From: Chiloscyllium plagiosum
Taxonomy: Eukaryota
DNA: 64,000 nucleotides
Reading direction: 5' to 3'
NCBI RefSeq assembly: GCF_004010195.1
Contig: NC_057714.1
Span: forward strand, 21,956,044-22,020,043
Position 1 is the first letter of the stretch. Every line of letters starts with the position of its first letter. Of the stretch, positions 62,300 to 64,000 are shown in pieces. The notes beneath the pieces are model-generated. The model was not told where the DNA came from, searched no databases, and was given only the letters and a program-made list of their open reading frames with translations. Position numbers and translations under genes: made by a program.

Positions 62300-62870
62300 G
62301 GTGCAGCCTTAAGGTGTAGCATTGAAGTGGAGAAGCACCTATTAGTGGAGCAGAGATTGGGCCATGAGAGTTCTTGGAGAATGGCACATGGGACACATCT
62401 CCCAAATAGTCTTTTAACCATTCCCTACTGTTCCTTAGATTATACCCAACCATCTGACTTACTACTCATCTTTGTGAAATTATGTTTTTTTCCTTAAGTC
62501 GATGTTTTCCTGAGCTTCTTTCGTTAATCATAGATGGTGGGCCTGCTCCTTAGAATATTTCTTTATATTAAGAATATATTTATTCTGAGTTTCCATAAAT
62601 AGCTCCTTAAATGTTTGCCAAAGCCTCTCTATTGGTATATCCCCTAGCCTGGTATCTGGTTCACTTCAGCTAGCTCAGCTCTCGTGCCCACAGTTACCTT
62701 TATTTGTGGGTTGCTGCTACTTACAGGTGATCTCTGGTTGGTTCCAGAACATGATACTGTCAGAAGCTATCTCTGAACAATCTGTGAACTCCTCAATCCA
62801 GCTATCATGGCCAATCTAATTTACTTGACAATTAAAATCACACATTGTTTTTGCCATCCCTTTATTGCAA
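62300..62870 (-). mobile_element. Degraded CR1 ORF2 fragment
   Basis: ttttaaccattccctactgttcc..., aaatgtttgcca, ctagctcagctctcgtgccc resemble the CR1 linker seen at 61080-61200. Confidence 0.5.
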
Positions 62871-62934
62871 TTGCTCAATAATTCTTACTTCAGGCATGTT
62901 TTCACTGGATCACTCTTGCATCCAGATGCTTTCA

Positions 62935-63866
62935 TCCCAACCACCTTTAGCTGCTTCATCAATGACCTTCCCTCCTTCATAAGGTCAGAAGTAGGGATGC
63001 CCACTGATGATTGCACAATGTTCAGCACCATTTACAGCTCGTCAGATACTAAAACAGTCCATACTCAAATGCAGTAAGACCTGTACAATTTCCAGGTTTG
63101 AGCTAACATAGGGCAAGTAACATTCACACTATGCAAGTGCCAACCAGTCTCCATGAAGACAAAATCTAATCAAACCCTTTTGATATACATTACCATCACT
63201 GATTTACCCCACTATCAACATCCTGGGGGTTACCATTGACCAAAACCTTAACTGGACCAACCATACAAATACTGTAGTTACAAGTTGCAGTGAGTAACTT
63301 AGTTCCTGACTAATCAAAGCTTGTCCACCATACACAGGGCACAAGCTTGGAACCTAATGGAATACTCCTCACTTGCCTGGATGAGTGCAGCTCCAACAAT
63401 ACACAAGCATCTTGGCACCATTAGGGACAAAACAGCCACTTGATTGACAACACATCCAGAGGCATTCACTGCCTCCACTATTGACACTCAGCAGCAACAA
63501 CGTGTACCATCTACAAGTTACACTGCAGAAATTCACAAAGGCTCCTTAGGCAGCACCTTACATACTCACAACCATTTCCATCTAGAACAACAAGGGCAGC
63601 AAATTCTTGGGAACACTATCCCACCTGCAAGTTCCCCTCCAAGCTACTCACCATCCTGATTTGAAAAGTGCATCACTACTCCTCCTGTGTCATTGGGTCA
63701 ACATCCTGGAACTGTCTGCTTCCTGCCCATTCTGGGCCTTTTTATTGAACAAGGACTGCAGCATTTCAAGAAGGCAGCTGACTACCATCTTAAAGGCAAC
63801 TAAAGATAGCCAGCAAATGTTGATCTAGCCAGTGATGCCAATGTCTCATGAATTAATATAAAAAAT
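62935..63866 (+). mobile_element. CR1/L2-clade LINE 3' part (second family)
   Basis: PTTFSCFINDLPSFIRSEVGMPTDDCTMFSTI... to tail gccagtgatgccaatgtctcatgaattaatataaaaa. Confidence 0.85.
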
Positions 63867-64000
63867 TATTGCCACATCACCTGTCCTTCCATTAATGAGT
63901 TTGAAAAAATAATTACTTAAATTGTTTATTCCATTATTTGTTCCCTTCTTACTGTATCTTATTAATTCAAACACCATTTCTTGTATTATTTTAAATTTTG

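Overview
Vertebrate, non-prokaryotic DNA. The HE1/V-SINE, CR1(HER1)-type LINE and Penelope repeat families point to an elasmobranch (shark) genome. The only host coding sequence I can support is the terminal coding exon of ZNF385D (3995-4225, +) with its AT-rich 3' UTR. The other ~58 kb is repeat-dense intergenic DNA: many CR1 LINEs (several nested, one 5'-inverted, two retaining ORF1), HE1-type SINEs, an RTE fragment, Gypsy remnants, a solo LTR split by a CR1, Tc1/Tigger-like MITEs, decayed Harbinger Myb-gene remnants and three G-rich minisatellites. The most interesting structure is a population of about a dozen Penelope pLTR-derived units from three sequence families. They carry minimal type I hammerhead ribozyme motifs (CUGANGA-helix II-GAAA-palindromic ACGU/AGCU-NUH), intact or decayed. 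Four short, mostly fold-back copies have 12-13 bp target-site duplications, and one 1.6 kb element has a retrozyme-like pLTR-ORF fragment-pLTR layout. Family names and protein identities are recalled from memory, not from searches. Repeat boundaries are approximate unless a TSD is given.
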